A stretch of DNA of 54,033 nt, filler included, from Jimgerdemannia flammicorona (Eukaryota): NCBI GenBank assembly GCA_003990765.1. It is 3 parts of 3 records of this genome, joined end to end, with 100 filler letters (N's around TTAATTAATTAA, not from the genome) between each part and the next. Parts side by side here need not be neighbours in the genome. Positions count along the whole stretch, not along the records: positions 18,047 to 35,991 come from RBNJ01002354.1; positions 36,092 to 54,033 come from RBNJ01002355.1; 1 more part is not named here. One strand, 5' to 3'. Below, piece by piece: positions 34,501 through 47,468 of this stretch. Numbering within the stretch: the stretch's first letter is position 1; each line of letters opens with the position of its first letter. The notes below the pieces were generated by a model. The model was not told the DNA's origin and made no database searches. It saw nothing but the letters and a program-made list of their open reading frames with translations. Both the position numbers and the translations under genes were made by a program.

Positions 34501-35833
34501 TCTTGAACTCTGGACTATCACCATCATCAACCAGACTTAGAAACAATTTGAATTAGATAACACTATACTCAGAAAAGAAGAAAAACTCATAATATCTGAA
34601 TACAAAAAGTATCAAGTAATGAAGGAAGTATATAAACAAGGATACCTAGGAGGAATTAATATATATAACAAAGCAAGAAGAAATATATGGTGGACCAAGA
34701 TAGAAGAAGACCTGTGCCAATTTGTCAAAGGGTATAACAAGTGCCAAAAACAGAAATAAGATCAGTAAGACTAGGCATCTGGGTCATTAATAATTGAACC
34801 TATCCCCTTCCATCACATCACAATAAATATCATTGGACCACTATCAGTAATACTATCAGAAAATTGCTATATTATAGTTACATAGACCTTTTTACCAAAT
34901 AGAGAGAAGCAGAAGTATTATAAGAAGTCAATGCTCTCTCTATAACTAACTTTCTGTACTAAGAAATCATCTGCTGCTATAAGATACCAAGGCAAATCAC
35001 TACAGACTGCAGCACAGAATTTGTCAATAGATTCTATAAGATAATATATCAGAAATGTAAGATTCAGCACATCAAGACCACTGCATATCACTCTCAAGGA
35101 AATAGACAGATAGAAAGAACCAATAAGACCCTCAAGAACATCCTAGTGAAGATCTCTGACACATATAATAATTGAGATAACTATCTCCCAACTGCTCTCT
35201 CTATCCTATGAGATATATAGTCACAGAGTATACACTTTACCTCAAGAGAACTGTTCTTTGGAGAAGAAGATTCTGATGGAACCTCAGCCATAAATCTAGA
35301 CCTAACTTGGAGATAGGTTAACTCAGAAATCTGGAGACTACACCAAATCAGAAAGAAGGCTGAAGATTATATTATCAAGTTACAAGTACTGATAAGAAAG
35401 AATGCAGAGAAGAATCACAAGACCCTAGAACTCATTCAAATTGGAGAAAAGGTCCTACTACATCAGAATATAATAGAAGCCTCATGGTCACAAAAACTGG
35501 AGCTCAAATGGAAAAAACCCTTCTATGTACAAGATATCAAGAGAACTATCTTCTGGCTTAAAAAACTCTCAGAGACTATACTGCCTACTATGGTATATAG
35601 AAATAGACTCAAGAAGTACTATGAATCTATACAAGAGAAGCAAAATATAATGACCACCTATATGATTCTAGTCTGTAAATTGTAACAGCATATCCCATGA
35701 CTAGTAGGCAATCTGTCTGGACTATTCTCTAAGAGATACAGTATCAGTAACTACTCATCTGTGAGACTTTTAAAGCCAGAGAAGTTCAAACCATCAACTG
35801 ATTGGTTAAGATTAGAATCAGGCCCTTGCTCTA

Positions 35834-35991
35834 TCCCTTTGACTGTTTTGCACCTATATTTAGAGGCAAGATTTTAAAAGTTTATAACTTTTAAAATCAT
35901 AATAGCTTTTAAAAAAAAAATTACCAATAATTTTTTATATAATAATTTTACCTTTGGTAAAAATTTTACAAAAAAAAAAAAAATTTTTTTT
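35834..35991. repeat. End of an unidentified AT-rich insertion interrupting A2; related sequence at 36101-36165
   Basis: Abrupt loss of similarity to A1. TCCCTTTGACTGTTTTGCACCTATATTTAGAG resembles TCTCTTTGACTATTTTGTATTTATATTTAGAG at the start of contig 3. Confidence 0.5.
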
Positions 35992-36091
35992 NNNNNNNNN
36001 NNNNNNNNNNNNNNNNNNNNNNNNNNNNNNNNNNNTTAATTAATTAANNNNNNNNNNNNNNNNNNNNNNNNNNNNNNNNNNNNNNNNNNNN
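35992..36091. other. Artificial contig spacer
   Basis: N44-TTAATTAATTAA-N44. Confidence 0.95.
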
Positions 36092-36189
36092 CCATCTCAC
36101 TCTATTCTCTTTGACTATTTTGTATTTATATTTAGAGATAATATTTTAAAAAAAAATTACCAATTTCAGTCATCATCCCAATAAGCATA

Positions 36190-38356
36190 GGCTGGATGAC
36201 TCTATTGTCTAAGAGTTCTTGAATGTGCTCTTTTTTAAATATTTTCAAGTGATGGGGTATTCTATAGGGTTTCTGCCAGATGGGTGTTGCATTTCCTGTA
36301 TTTATGCTGTGGTGATATGATGGATTGTATGGCAGATTGCCATAATTAGTGGTGAAGATATCTTGATATTTGTTGAGAAGTTCTACTAGTTGTTGCTGTT
36401 GTTGCAGTGTCAATTCTTCTCCAATGTTAGTGGAAGGCTTCACTGTCTCCTGGGTCACAGAGGGGCCTTTCCTTTCTTCTGAGACCTTTTGCCATTTCCC
36501 AATAGGTTTAGTTCATAAACTTCTCTATGAGTTCAGTTGAGAAAAGGTACCAGATGTCCTATGATGGTTCCTTTCAGCAGGATGATGGTCTCCCAACTTT
36601 GGTTGGTCACTTGGGAGTATACTGGATTCATCTTGTTGGGAAATGTGTGTCTCTCTATATCCAGGTGGGAGATATCTTCCTTGGGTTCAAAAAAAAGGTT
36701 TCTGGGATTAGGTGGTGCAAAGATTTTGAAGGTTGTTTGTTCTCCAGGCTCCAGGATAAGATTTTTATGCAGTCTGACTAGTTGCCAGTATACTTGCTAG
36801 GGAACATTCTTCTTGAGATAGTTGACTTGTAGAAGGTATACTTCCTTCTTATCTGAACTTCCAAATCCCTTGGCTTGTCTTGTTCCTTCAGTTAGTTCAG
36901 AGACTTCTTATAACTGTGGGGTCTTGATCTTCATGAAGACTGCTTGGGCAATCTTCTGTCCTCTAATGATTCAGTACCATTCTATACTGCTGTTGTGTAA
37001 GATAACCTTGATTTCACCTATATATCCTGGGTCAATGGTTCCTCCTTCCACAGTTATTCCTTGTCTGGCAAGTCTGGACCTTGAGATCAGTTGGATGTAA
37101 GATCCTTGGGGTGACTGCATGGCTAATCCAGTTCTGATCATGAAGGTTTTTCCAGGTTTAATAGATTCATCCTCCAGACTGTGAAGATCATACCCTATAT
37201 CTTCTGGGTGGGCTTTGGTCAGGAGTTTGGCCTTAGGGTGCAGCAGGGTATACTGGGCAATATCCTTGCTGAGTTTGGGCTTTCCTAAGGCTGAAGCTCT
37301 ACTAGCAGAGAGCCTCCAAGCTCTGAGGTTGAGGTGTGGCCATCTGGCTCCAGTGGAAGGGTCTTGGAGGTAGTTAATTCCCCTTCTTTCTGTAAGGTCT
37401 AGGGCTTCCATGAAGTTGGTGGCATCTTCTGCCCATCTCTGGCAGGTTATATATCTGATGAGAGCTAGGATGTCTTCTCCCAAATCATAGATCTTGAGGA
37501 TTCTTCTTGCTGGCTTCTTGGTCAGGCTTTTTTGGATCTGGCTTTGGTTATCTTCTCTCTTTAAGGTGTGGACTACAACATCATGGCTGAGATAGATCTT
37601 CTGATGTCTACAATCTTGGAAATCTGGGTGTCTTCTATGATTGCAATATCCCATTGCTCAGAAATGGTGTTCCCAATTATTGATCTCTTGTTGTCTTGGG
37701 AATTGGTACCCATCTTGATCATAAGTTGGAAGAAGGGTAGATAAGGGGTATATTTCTGTTCAGATAAAGAAGCCTTGTCCTTTAAATTTACTTTGTAACT
37801 TTGTGGTAACTTCTTGAAAGATAGTTGACTATACAAGTATAGTTGGGGAGTTCTGGTCTCTGGGGTCTCTGTCTTTCTTATTAGTCTAACAGATGACACT
37901 GATAGCAGTAGTCTTAGAGAGAGTAGAAGACCATTTAGTGTAGACATCTTCTAAGCCAAAAGACCTTCTCTTGGTAAGTTTCTTTCTTGGGAATAATGGT
38001 GATTATACTGGGTCCTTCTCCCATATTCCAAGGATCATTGTCCTCAGGTAGTGTCCATTGAGGGTCATTCCAGGAAATGAGTTCAGAGACCTCTTCTTCT
38101 TCAGATGCTTCTTGTTCAGGAACTTCTTGGTCAGAAGTTTCTTCTTCCTTAGATAATTCTTGTTCCCAAATTGCTTACACTTCTGCAGCTTCAGTTGCAG
38201 GTGTTTCTGGAATATGTCTGCATTTCTTCTTCTTCCTTCTGCACTCTGGGCAGGCTGTATCAGGCAATTTTCTTGTTCCTGTGATCTTAGAGAAGTGCTT
38301 GGGACACTTGTATCTCTTGAGGCAAATAGGGCATCCTTTGATTTCTCCTGTAATAG
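36190..38356 (-). mobile_element. Ty3/Gypsy element D fragment: Cys/His-rich insert, dUTPase (~36830-37260), start of RT
   Basis: KAHPEDIGYDLHS...RSRLARQGITVEGGTIDPGYIGEIKV; IGEELTLQQQQQLVELLNKYQDIF...HHSINTGNATPIWQKPYRIP. Continuous with 47469-48043 across the TSD of C. Confidence 0.85.
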
Positions 38357-39135
38357 TGTAATAACTCTCACTTCTACCCCACTCTTATCCTTTGGATAAT
38401 TAGGGAAGTGGACTATTACTTATGGACTTAGTACACAATGTGTACCAAGAAGCCTTCAGTTTGAGGAAGTGCTTGCTTATAAGTAGTTGTAGCAGCAGTG
38501 CCTTCTGTTTCAAAGGTCTTTCTCTGGTTTGCCTTCTATTTCAAAGGTCTTGTTCTTTGCTGTGCACAGACTGAATCCGTCTTGGAATTCAGGTTCAATT
38601 GGTTTACTAAAGTCTTTGGGGATTTATATACCAGTCTCAGTTCTGGCAGAAGTTAGCTAGGCTTCTGGAGTTTAGTCAGAAACACTAGAGTCACTTAGAT
38701 GTCATTACTAAGACTCAGGGGAATGTGTGTGTGGAGGGGGACTTGATTCTTATATCAAGGACTGAACTAAAACTGCTTTATTTCGGATGGAAACTGGGGG
38801 GTATTTATACAAGTTGGTCTGCAATTTCTGACTAAGTATGAGTGACTAATTTGGTAACTATAATGAGGTTTATGATTGCAACCTTTGTCAGATGGTTTTT
38901 GGTAAAGAATATCTTTATGATTAGGATCTCAATTACTAGGCAATGATCAGCAGCTATGGCAATAGTTACTGTAGTATCGATTGTTGGAGATAAGCTGGAT
39001 ATTATTTTCCACATCATTTCACATCATTTATCACTTGCTATTCATATGTCATGCTCGATTGTTTGATGACATCATTGCCAGGTCACATGATCATTCGTGA
39101 TCGCTCATCATGTCCCATCTGTTTGTTATATTATA
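38357..39135 (-). repeat. C 3' LTR
   Basis: Matches 46690-47468. Minus-strand TATAAATACCCCC and AATAAA. Confidence 0.93.
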
Positions 39136-39146
39136 TCTTTCTCTCC

Positions 39147-39976
39147 TTAGAAATCAACATCCTTGTTGATTGAGAAATTGAGAACCAGGGGAGAGAAAGG
39201 TGGGAAATCCTGCTCAGGGTTGTTGGCATCTTCTTCAGTAGTAGAGCGGGTGGTGGTTGCTGATGGCTCACTGTCCAGGATGGAGAAGTCAATGAGGTCT
39301 GCAAATAGTTCTTGCATTGGGATAGGTGCTAGTGTAGGGGTTCTCCATCTAATATGGTTGGGGCCATCCAAGTAGGGTTCTTGGTCCTCATGCCTGGGAA
39401 TATCCATTTGGATGAGCAGTCCTTCAAAGAGATCAGAGAGGCCTTGGAGCCATTGATTAGGGTTGTTATTCAGAAGGGGACTCCAGTAGAGTTTGCAGTC
39501 AGTGGACTTGAGGGTGATCCAGGAGTTGGCTTTTTGGGCTACCTTGATCTCTAGTTCATCAACCTCAAAGAAGGAGAGGTTCTGAAAGTCCTTTAGTTAG
39601 ACATAGTTGAGGTTGGGGATTGCAAAGGATGCATGGCATATGATTCGGTGGACCTTCTTGGCAAGTCTTTGCTCGCTCCCATCCAGGTAGATCCAATTAG
39701 AGACTTGGTCCATGGGCAGGTCCTTTGCCTGTTGGAGGAGTTGATGGCCAATCTTATATTCATGCCAAATCTCTAGGTGGCTGGTGGTAAGGTAGGCTCT
39801 TTCGATGACTTCATGGCAGTTGAGGACATAGTGTCCTAGGTCCTGACTGGAGAGGTTAAGGGCCTCTGAGCAGTAGTTCCTTCCTTGGATAGCAACCTGG
39901 ATGTGTCCAAAGAGGCAGTCAACCTGGCTTGGGAGGGGCTGACTATAGCAGGCAGTTTGCAGCAGATGGCAGGTAT
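39147..39976 (-). pseudogene. Family-C accessory gene between integrase and PPT (~276 aa reconstructed)
   Basis: LEIWHEYKIGHQLL...LAKKVHRIICHASFAIPNLNYV*LKDFQNLS...WSPLLNNNPNQWLQGL...FADLIDF...PLVLNF. Start decayed to ATA, one frameshift near 39957, TATAAATA at 40041-40048. The stop codon overlaps the PPT. Confidence 0.85.
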
Positions 39977-40624
39977 TCTTACCTTGTCTTTTCTTTATGA
40001 GGAGAGAGAGATGAGAGTTACAGAGTATTCTTGCCTAGGGTATTTATACTTATTCACCCATCTGATGTAACCTTCCTTTGGTCATGCTTTCTGACAAAAT
40101 GTATGACCTGTTGCTGTAAGTAGCACATGTGCTGGTCACATGAGAAAATCCTGATTTCAAAGATCTTATCACTCATAGTTGTGGTTACACAGGGTTAACA
40201 GGTCTTGGTCCACTTTTTTTTTGTCTGGTTGGTGCATTTGTGAGGACTGGCAATCCTTGTCTAGGGCAAGGGCTCCCATTATCATGGCTGGGGGTTCAAA
40301 CCTCTCAGAAATAGACTTTCTTATAATCCAAGGCAATTTCTAGTAACAATATCTATCATGTGGATGGACTTAGACTGGTTTCAACATTGTCAGCTTTCCT
40401 AAGTTCCATATGAAGTATCTGTCATCATCCAGTGGAGATGACACAGATAGTGTGAAATAGAGTTATTCAAATGTGTTTTGCTATACTGTACTAGATTGTT
40501 CTTTTGCTCAGGTATCTTCTTGTTAGTTATCCATAGTATTCCTTTTTCTGCAATGTTTGGTATTATATGTTTCCAGATAAATATGTAGTATCCTTCTGCT
40601 CACTATGCACTCCAATACTTAGAG

Positions 40625-43600
40625 CTATAGTTCCTTCCTTTGCTGGGGGGTGAGTGTTTTCATGTAGTCCTGGAGGGCTTCATATGCATTCTTCAGGGCT
40701 TCTTCTTTTTTCCAGATGGCATCATGAGTGGGGTAACTCTTCCACTTGATCAGGAAAAACTGCTTGACTGTATTGGGGTATTTGCAGACCTTGTGGTCAA
40801 GTACTTCCTCAATTTTGAATTCCTCATGATCATTGATCCTAATTGAGAGTGGTGGTGGAACTATATGCTCAGGGAATGGGTTCTCATAGTAGTCTACCAA
40901 TTGGCTGATATGGAATACTGGGTGTACTCAGATATTGTGAGGAAGTTGCAACTTGTAGTTGACTTCACTAATTTTTTCCATGATCTTGTATAGTCCAATT
41001 CTTCTAATATAGAGTTTCTTGGCTGGTTGTTGTGTCAGGGTGTCTGGGTGGAGGTAGTCTGTTCTAAGCATGACCATGTCACCAATATTGTAGGAGGCTT
41101 CTCTTTACTTCAAGTTCACATACTTGGTCTGGTAGTCTTGTGCTTCTATGAGAGCATCTCTTGTCATTCAGGTAAGGTCAGAAATGGTCTCAGCCAGATC
41201 TTGGGCTGCTGGGACTGCTGATTTTGCAGTAGTACTCAGGGTTCTTGGGTGTTGACCATGGTTCAGGATAAATGGAGTCTTCTTTGTAGAGGTTTGCTAA
41301 CTATTATTATAGACAAACTCTGCATGGGCTAGGCACTTGACCCAATCATTTTGCTTATAACAGCAGAAGATGCTAAGCATCTGTTTGAGAGTTCTGTTAG
41401 TTCATTCAGTTTGACCATCAGTCTGAGAGTGGTAGGCAGTAGAGAACTTCAGCTTGGTTCTATGGAGGGAGAAAAATACCTTCCAGAAGTTGCTTGTGAA
41501 CTTGGAATCTTGGTCAGATACAATAGTGCTAGGCATATTATGTAGCCTGAATACTTGATTGAGAAAAATCTTAACAATCTCTGGTGCTGTAGCAGTGGTC
41601 TTGGTGGGTGCAAAATGGGCTTATTTGCTTAGGCGGTTCATGAATACCACTATGGCATCCCATCCTGCCTTGGTCTTGGGGAGTTGGACAATGAAATCCA
41701 TTGCAATCTGGTCCCAGTTGTAACTTGGGATAGGCAAGAGTTGCAGGAGTCATACTGGTAGCTTATTACCACTTTGAACCTTTGGCATATCTTGCATGAG
41801 ACCACAAAGTCTTTGATGTCCTTGGTCATCTTTGGCTAGTAGAACTCTCTTGAGAGGAGATTGTAGGTCTTTTTGAAACCAAAGTGTCCTACTGCAGAAG
41901 TATCATGGAGTTCCTATATGATCTTGAGTCACAGAGTATCATTATTGGGTACAACCACTCTGTCATGATCCCTGTAGATAAGTCTATCATGGTAAGTGAA
42001 TCTCTTGGCCATTTGCCTCATGAGTTCTAGAACCTCAGCCTCTAGGTCTTGGTAGAATTGAAGGAAGTTCATCAGGGGGCTGTCCTGCTGGTAGCCATCC
42101 TTGATCATTTGGGTAAGGTCTCTAATTACTTCGACCATAAAGACAAGTTCATCTTCCATGTATCTGGAGAAACCATCAGCCACATGGTTAGTTTTGCCTG
42201 AGATATACTTAATTTCCATATCAAAGTTGACAATGATTTCCATCCAGCAGGCTTGTCTGTGGGTCAGCATGGGCTGTGTGTGAATATACTGCAATGTATG
42301 GTAATCAGTGTAGACCACAAATGGCTGTCCTAAGAGGAAATGGCACCATTCCTGAAGTACACAAGAGTTCCTTCTCATGGGTGGTATACTGGGTCTCAGC
42401 TGGCTTGAGCTTTTGAGAAAGGTAGGTCACTGGGCAGTCCTCTTGGCTGAGCACTGCTCCAATAGCAATATCAGAGGCATCTGTGGTCAGGGTGAATAGT
42501 CTGGTAGGGTCAGATGCAATTAGCACTAGGGCCTCAGTAAGGAGTCTCTTGAGATGGTCTATAGCCTGGGTGTATTCTGGAGTCCATTCAGCTTTAATGT
42601 TCACTCCTTTGCAGGCCAGGCTGGTCAGTAGAGCTGCAATAGTAGAGTATCCTTAGATAAACCTTTGGTAATAACCAGCAATATCCAGAAAGTGCTGGAG
42701 TAGCTTGAGGGTAGTAGGGATAGGAATATTCTTAAGGGCTGATACCTTTTGGGGGTCCACATTGATACCTTCAGCAGAGATGATGTGTCCTAGATATTCA
42801 ATCTGGTCTTGATAGAACTTGCATTTGCTCATCTTGGTATAGAGCTGGTGTTCTCACAGGAGGGTCAGTACCTGTCTGAGGTAGGTGTAGTGTAGCTTTA
42901 CTGTCTCACTGTAGATTAGTATATCATCAATATACACAAGGACACAGATGTTGAGAAGTAGTCCAAAGATATCATTCATCAGATACTGGAATGTTGCTGG
43001 TGTATTGATCAATCCAAAAGACATGACTCCAAACTGGTAGTATCCAAACTGTATTCAGAAAGCTGTCTTCTCAATATCCTTCTCATCAATGAGAATCTGG
43101 TGGTAGCCATTTCACAAATCCAGTAGAGAAAAGGTCTTGGTCTTGAAGATTTGGTATAGCAACTCATCAATCCTAGGTAAGGCATACTGGTTCTTGATGG
43201 TGATCTTGTTGAGGGCTCTGTAGTCAATACACATTTACAGAGAGCCATCCTTCTTCTTGACAAATAGAATGGGGGCTCCAAATGGAGAGTGGCTGGATTC
43301 AATATATCCTTGGGCCAGTAGTTTGGTCAATTCATCCTTGAGGGTCTTGAGCTCAGGTTGGACCAGTTGGTAGATACTCTTATATGGGGGTTCAGATCCT
43401 GGAATAAGATCAATTCTGTGTTGGATTTGGCACTTGGGTGGAAGTCCTTAGGGGTCTTGGAATACATCTTGGAATTCTTCGAACAGTTCTTGAGCTTCTG
43501 TTGAGATTAGGCTACTTATAGCTTCAGTAACTTCTTGTACTATACAAATGAAGTAGGTGTTTCCCTTTTTTTGAGAGAGTCTCTTCATTTGAATGGCAGA

Positions 43601-46600
43601 GATGATTTTGATTCCTTGGTGGTTGGTATCTTCCTGGGGTGTCAGGGTGATCTTTCTGCCTTTATGGATCAGGTTAACCTCATTGGTTCTCCAGTTGATG
43701 TCTGGGTTGTACTGGGTCAACCAGGCTTTTCCTAAGATAATATCTTGTCTTAGGAGATCTACAATGCTAAAGTCCAACTTCTCTTGATATTTGCCAATCT
43801 TGAGCAAAAGATCTTCGCAGATCTTGGTCAATGGAGCAGTTTTTCCATCACCAAAGGTAACACTTCTTTTCTTGGTGGTTGGTCTGCTTTGGGCTCCAAT
43901 CCTCTTGGCAGTCTTGGTACTGATGTAATTTCCAGTAGCACTACTATCAAGCAAGATATTGACATTCTATCTGTGGACTTGGCCTGTGAACTTAATGCAA
44001 CTATCCTCCTTCTTGATGGTATTGAGCTCTTCATCTTCATTGTTGTCCCAATTGCTGTCAGTCTCCTCAAAGTCAGTTTCTCCCCATCCTTCACAAGGAG
44101 GGTTGTCTTGTTTGGGTTTCTCAGTCTATTGAGCTTGGCATTTCTTGGATTGAATTTTGAAAACTTTGGAGAGATATGTATGGCATTCACTAACATGTTC
44201 TATGTAGTACATTCAAATGGAATGAGGGCATCATCCACATAGTGCATAACTATCTACAATTCTCTTATACCAGTTTTCATCATCTTCCTTCATGGTAGTG
44301 ACCTTTTGACTGGGAGGTTTGTTGGTAGATCCAAACTCTTTCTTGCTACAGTCTGTCTGGGAGAGTTTGGGGACTTCTTCAATGATGAGATCTTGATGGA
44401 TTTCTTCAATGATAGCTTGGGCAATTCTTTGGCTTGCTTTGACTTCAAATGATGTGTCTCCAAAATTTCACAAGATGACATGAATTTCACCAGTAAATTC
44501 TTGGTCAACTACTCCTCCTCCTAGCCCAATGTTGAACTCTTTGGCTAGGCTGCTTCACTCAGCAAGGTGGATGTATGTTCCTTTGGGAGCTTGCATTGCA
44601 ATTCCTGTTCGCACTGTAGCATTGGTACTTGGTGGAATAGTGAGGTCTTGGCTACTATAGAGGTCATATCCAGCATTGGTTGGGTGGGCCTTGGTGGGGA
44701 TGGTAGTCTTATACCATATCTTCTGTACTTTGATGATATTCTCAGGATTCTTCTTTCCTGGGCCTTCTTCAATGACAGTAATGTTCTGGTTACTGGGTTC
44801 ACCTGTTCTGTTCTTCTTCTCAGAGCATCTGAATGAGATGTGTCCTGCCTTCTTGCAGATGAAGCACAATCCTTTTTCACAGAGCTGCTTCTTTTCATCC
44901 TTGGTGGGAGGTCTGGGTCCTCTGGAATTTTACTGGTTCCTTTGATCATTTCTTTGATCATATCTTTGGTCATTCCTTTGATCATTTCTCCTGGTAGGAT
45001 TTCTCCTATCTTGGTTATCCTTCTTGTATTCTTGATTTCATAGAGCTTGTGCTATAAGGATTTCGCAGACTCTTCTTTGTACTTGGGCAAAACACTATGA
45101 GTAGTGGGGGCATCCTTGGGGAAGACCTTGTTCCTTGATCTTCTGGGTGAGCCATTCTGGTAGGGCTGCAAAGATATAGTTGGCTCTGATACCATTGATG
45201 GCCAAATTGTTCTCCTGGTAGGTAAGTCCAACAGTTTTGAGATAGGTGTCCATTCTGGTGGCAAAGATCTCTAGATCCTCTTTGTCATTCTTGTGGAACT
45301 TTATCTGGGACAGTTTGTTCCAAGTTTCTTGGATGTAGACCGCATTTCGGAATTTGGTCAGTAGCAAGACCTTGAGTCCTGGGCCTGTTTCATGGTTATC
45401 CCAACCTGGTCTATTATTGCCAGATACTTGTCCATTGATCTGGGGGCAAGCTTCCCAGGTTACTGAGTGTTGTTCCAAGGTTTATCAGAATTCGGCTGCT
45501 GTTCTAGTGAAGAATGTGGCTACTGTTTCTACTTATGCTGCTGATGTAGCAAACAGTTGTTGAAGGGTGCTGTTCTGGTTGTTGGTGAGCATTCCTATAG
45601 ACACTTAGTTGTCATTCCATTGGTTTGCTCAGTAGCCTATATCAACTACATTGATGAAGTTTTCAATATCACTGTTTTTTCCACTAAATGTTAGGATTTG
45701 CAAGGTTTTGGTTGGCTTGTTCTGTTCAGCAATCTGTCCTACTATCCCTGTTAGTGCCACTAGCTGGGTAGTCAGTGCTGCAATGTTGATATCTACTATT
45801 GTGTTAACTATTGGTGGTGGGCCTGTTGGGGTAGATTCTCCTGAAGCTTGATCTGCTTAGTGGGGTTGTGATGCTGTATAACTTGGGGTTACTTGGTTCC
45901 TAGATATCAGATCAAAGAGTCCTGTGAGAGAGGGTAAACCAAACCTCTATATAGGTGGCTGAGTTAGTTCTGGGGTCTGATCTTCTTGACTTGTGGTTCC
46001 TTGGTAAATTCCTAGGCCTGCTATTCCTTATTGGCTATCATCAGACTGGTAACCTATAGAGTCTTCATCTGACTCTCTTCCCTGATGAGATAGTGTGTCC
46101 TCGTACTGACTAGGTCCTTCAAAGAAGATATCAGTCTCTGGCTAGATAGATGGGCCTGCTCCTTGTTCAGCAGTAGGAGATGGTTGGCCTGCTTGCTCAT
46201 TCTCATATCTGGTTATAGCAGAGGCATAGTATACAACTAGCCTGTAGTAGAGAGAGGTCTTGGTAGGGATATGATGATATCTCTTAGAGGCAATCCACTT
46301 GACAGCTGCTTCTCTTGTAGCCAGGGGTGTGATATAATCTAGAAAATCCTGGGTGGCTGCAGCAGTAGATTCTGGGGTCCTAGTAGTGCTAATGTGTCCT
46401 CAGAGGAGTTCGTAGAACCTATAGTGGCTGACAATATTCCTAAGTCCTGGGTGGTATGTCCTAAAGGCCTGGTATAGATCCTTGTAAGCCTGGTCAATTA
46501 CAAGCTAGTGGGTCCTTGGGTCTGTGGTTTCCTGGTACCATCTGGTCCTAATGGCAAGGGCTTCTCTGGCTCTGATTTGAGGATCTACAGTTGATTCTGG

Positions 46601-46620
46601 GGGTTACTCCTGTCCAAGGT
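40625..46620 (-). pseudogene. C gag-pol: N-terminal extension, capsid, CCHC, dUTPase (~44325-44735), protease, RT, RNase H, integrase, chromodomain
   Basis: CFICKKAGHISFRC; PTKAHPTNAGYDLY...GGGVVDQEFTGEI; LDSSATGNYIS; YIDDILIYS; TDASDIAIGAVL; EEFKIEEVLDHK...FLIKWKSYP. Confidence 0.93.
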
Positions 46621-46689
46621 TGGTCTTGTTCCAACTTCAGGAGTGTGTTCTTTGGTACCTTCTTGGCTGGTAATTCACTGCTACCAAGT

Positions 46690-47468
46690 TGTAATAACTC
46701 TCACTTCTATCCCTCTCTTATCTTTTGGATAATTAGGGAAGTGGACTATTACTTAGGGACTTAGTACACAATGTGTATCAAGAAGTCTTCAGTTTGAGGA
46801 AGTGCTCACTTATAAGTAGTTGTAGTGGCAGTGCCTTCTGTTTCAAAGGTCTTTCTCTAGTTTGCCTTCTATTTCAAAGGTCTTGTTCTTTGCTGTGCAC
46901 AGACTGAATTTACCTTGGAATTCAGGTTCAATTGGTTTACTTAAGTCTTTGGGGATTTATATACTGGTCTCAGTTCTGGCAGAAGTTAGCTAGGCTTCTG
47001 GAGTTTAGTCAGAAACACTAGAGTCACTTAGATGTCATTACTAAGACTCAGAGGAATGTGTGTGTGGAGGGGGGACTTGATTCTTATATCAAGAACTGAA
47101 CTAAAACTACTTTATTTCAGATAGAAACTGGGGGGTATTTATACAAGTTGGTCTGCAATTTCTGATTAAGTATGAGTCACTAATTTGGTAACTATAATGA
47201 GGTTTATGATCACAACCTTTGTCAGGTGGTTTTTGGTAAAGAATATCTTTGTGATCAGGACCTCAATTACTAGCAATGATCAGCAGCTGTGGCAACAGTT
47301 GCTGTGGTGCAGATTGTTGAGGATAAGCTGGATATTATTTTCTATGTCATTTTGCATCATTTATCACTTACTATTTATATGTCATACTCAATCATTTGAT
47401 GACATCATTGACAGGTCACATGATCATTTGTGATCACTCATTGTGTCCTATCTGTTCGTTCTATTACA
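46690..47468 (-). repeat. C 5' LTR
   Basis: TGTAAT...ATTACA, adjacent to the PBS and followed by the TSD. Confidence 0.93.

Larger units (their letters stand above)
18264..35833 (+). mobile_element. Ty3/Gypsy A2 (same family as A1), interrupted by element B and truncated before its 3' LTR
   Basis: LTR and internal sequence are colinear with A1. Gag 19839-21036 resumes at 31586 and runs through PR, dUTPase (~32560-32965), RT, RH and IN to ~35684. Similarity to A1 stops at ...GGCCCTTGCTCTA. Confidence 0.92.
38357..47468 (-). mobile_element. Full-length chromovirus-type Ty3/Gypsy element C nested in D
   Basis: 5-bp TSD AATAG (38352-38356 and 47469-47473), 779-bp LTRs, PBS TGGTAGCAGTG (minus strand, ~46676-46686), PPT AAGGAGAGAAAGA (39136-39148), chromodomain. 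Confidence 0.96.
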
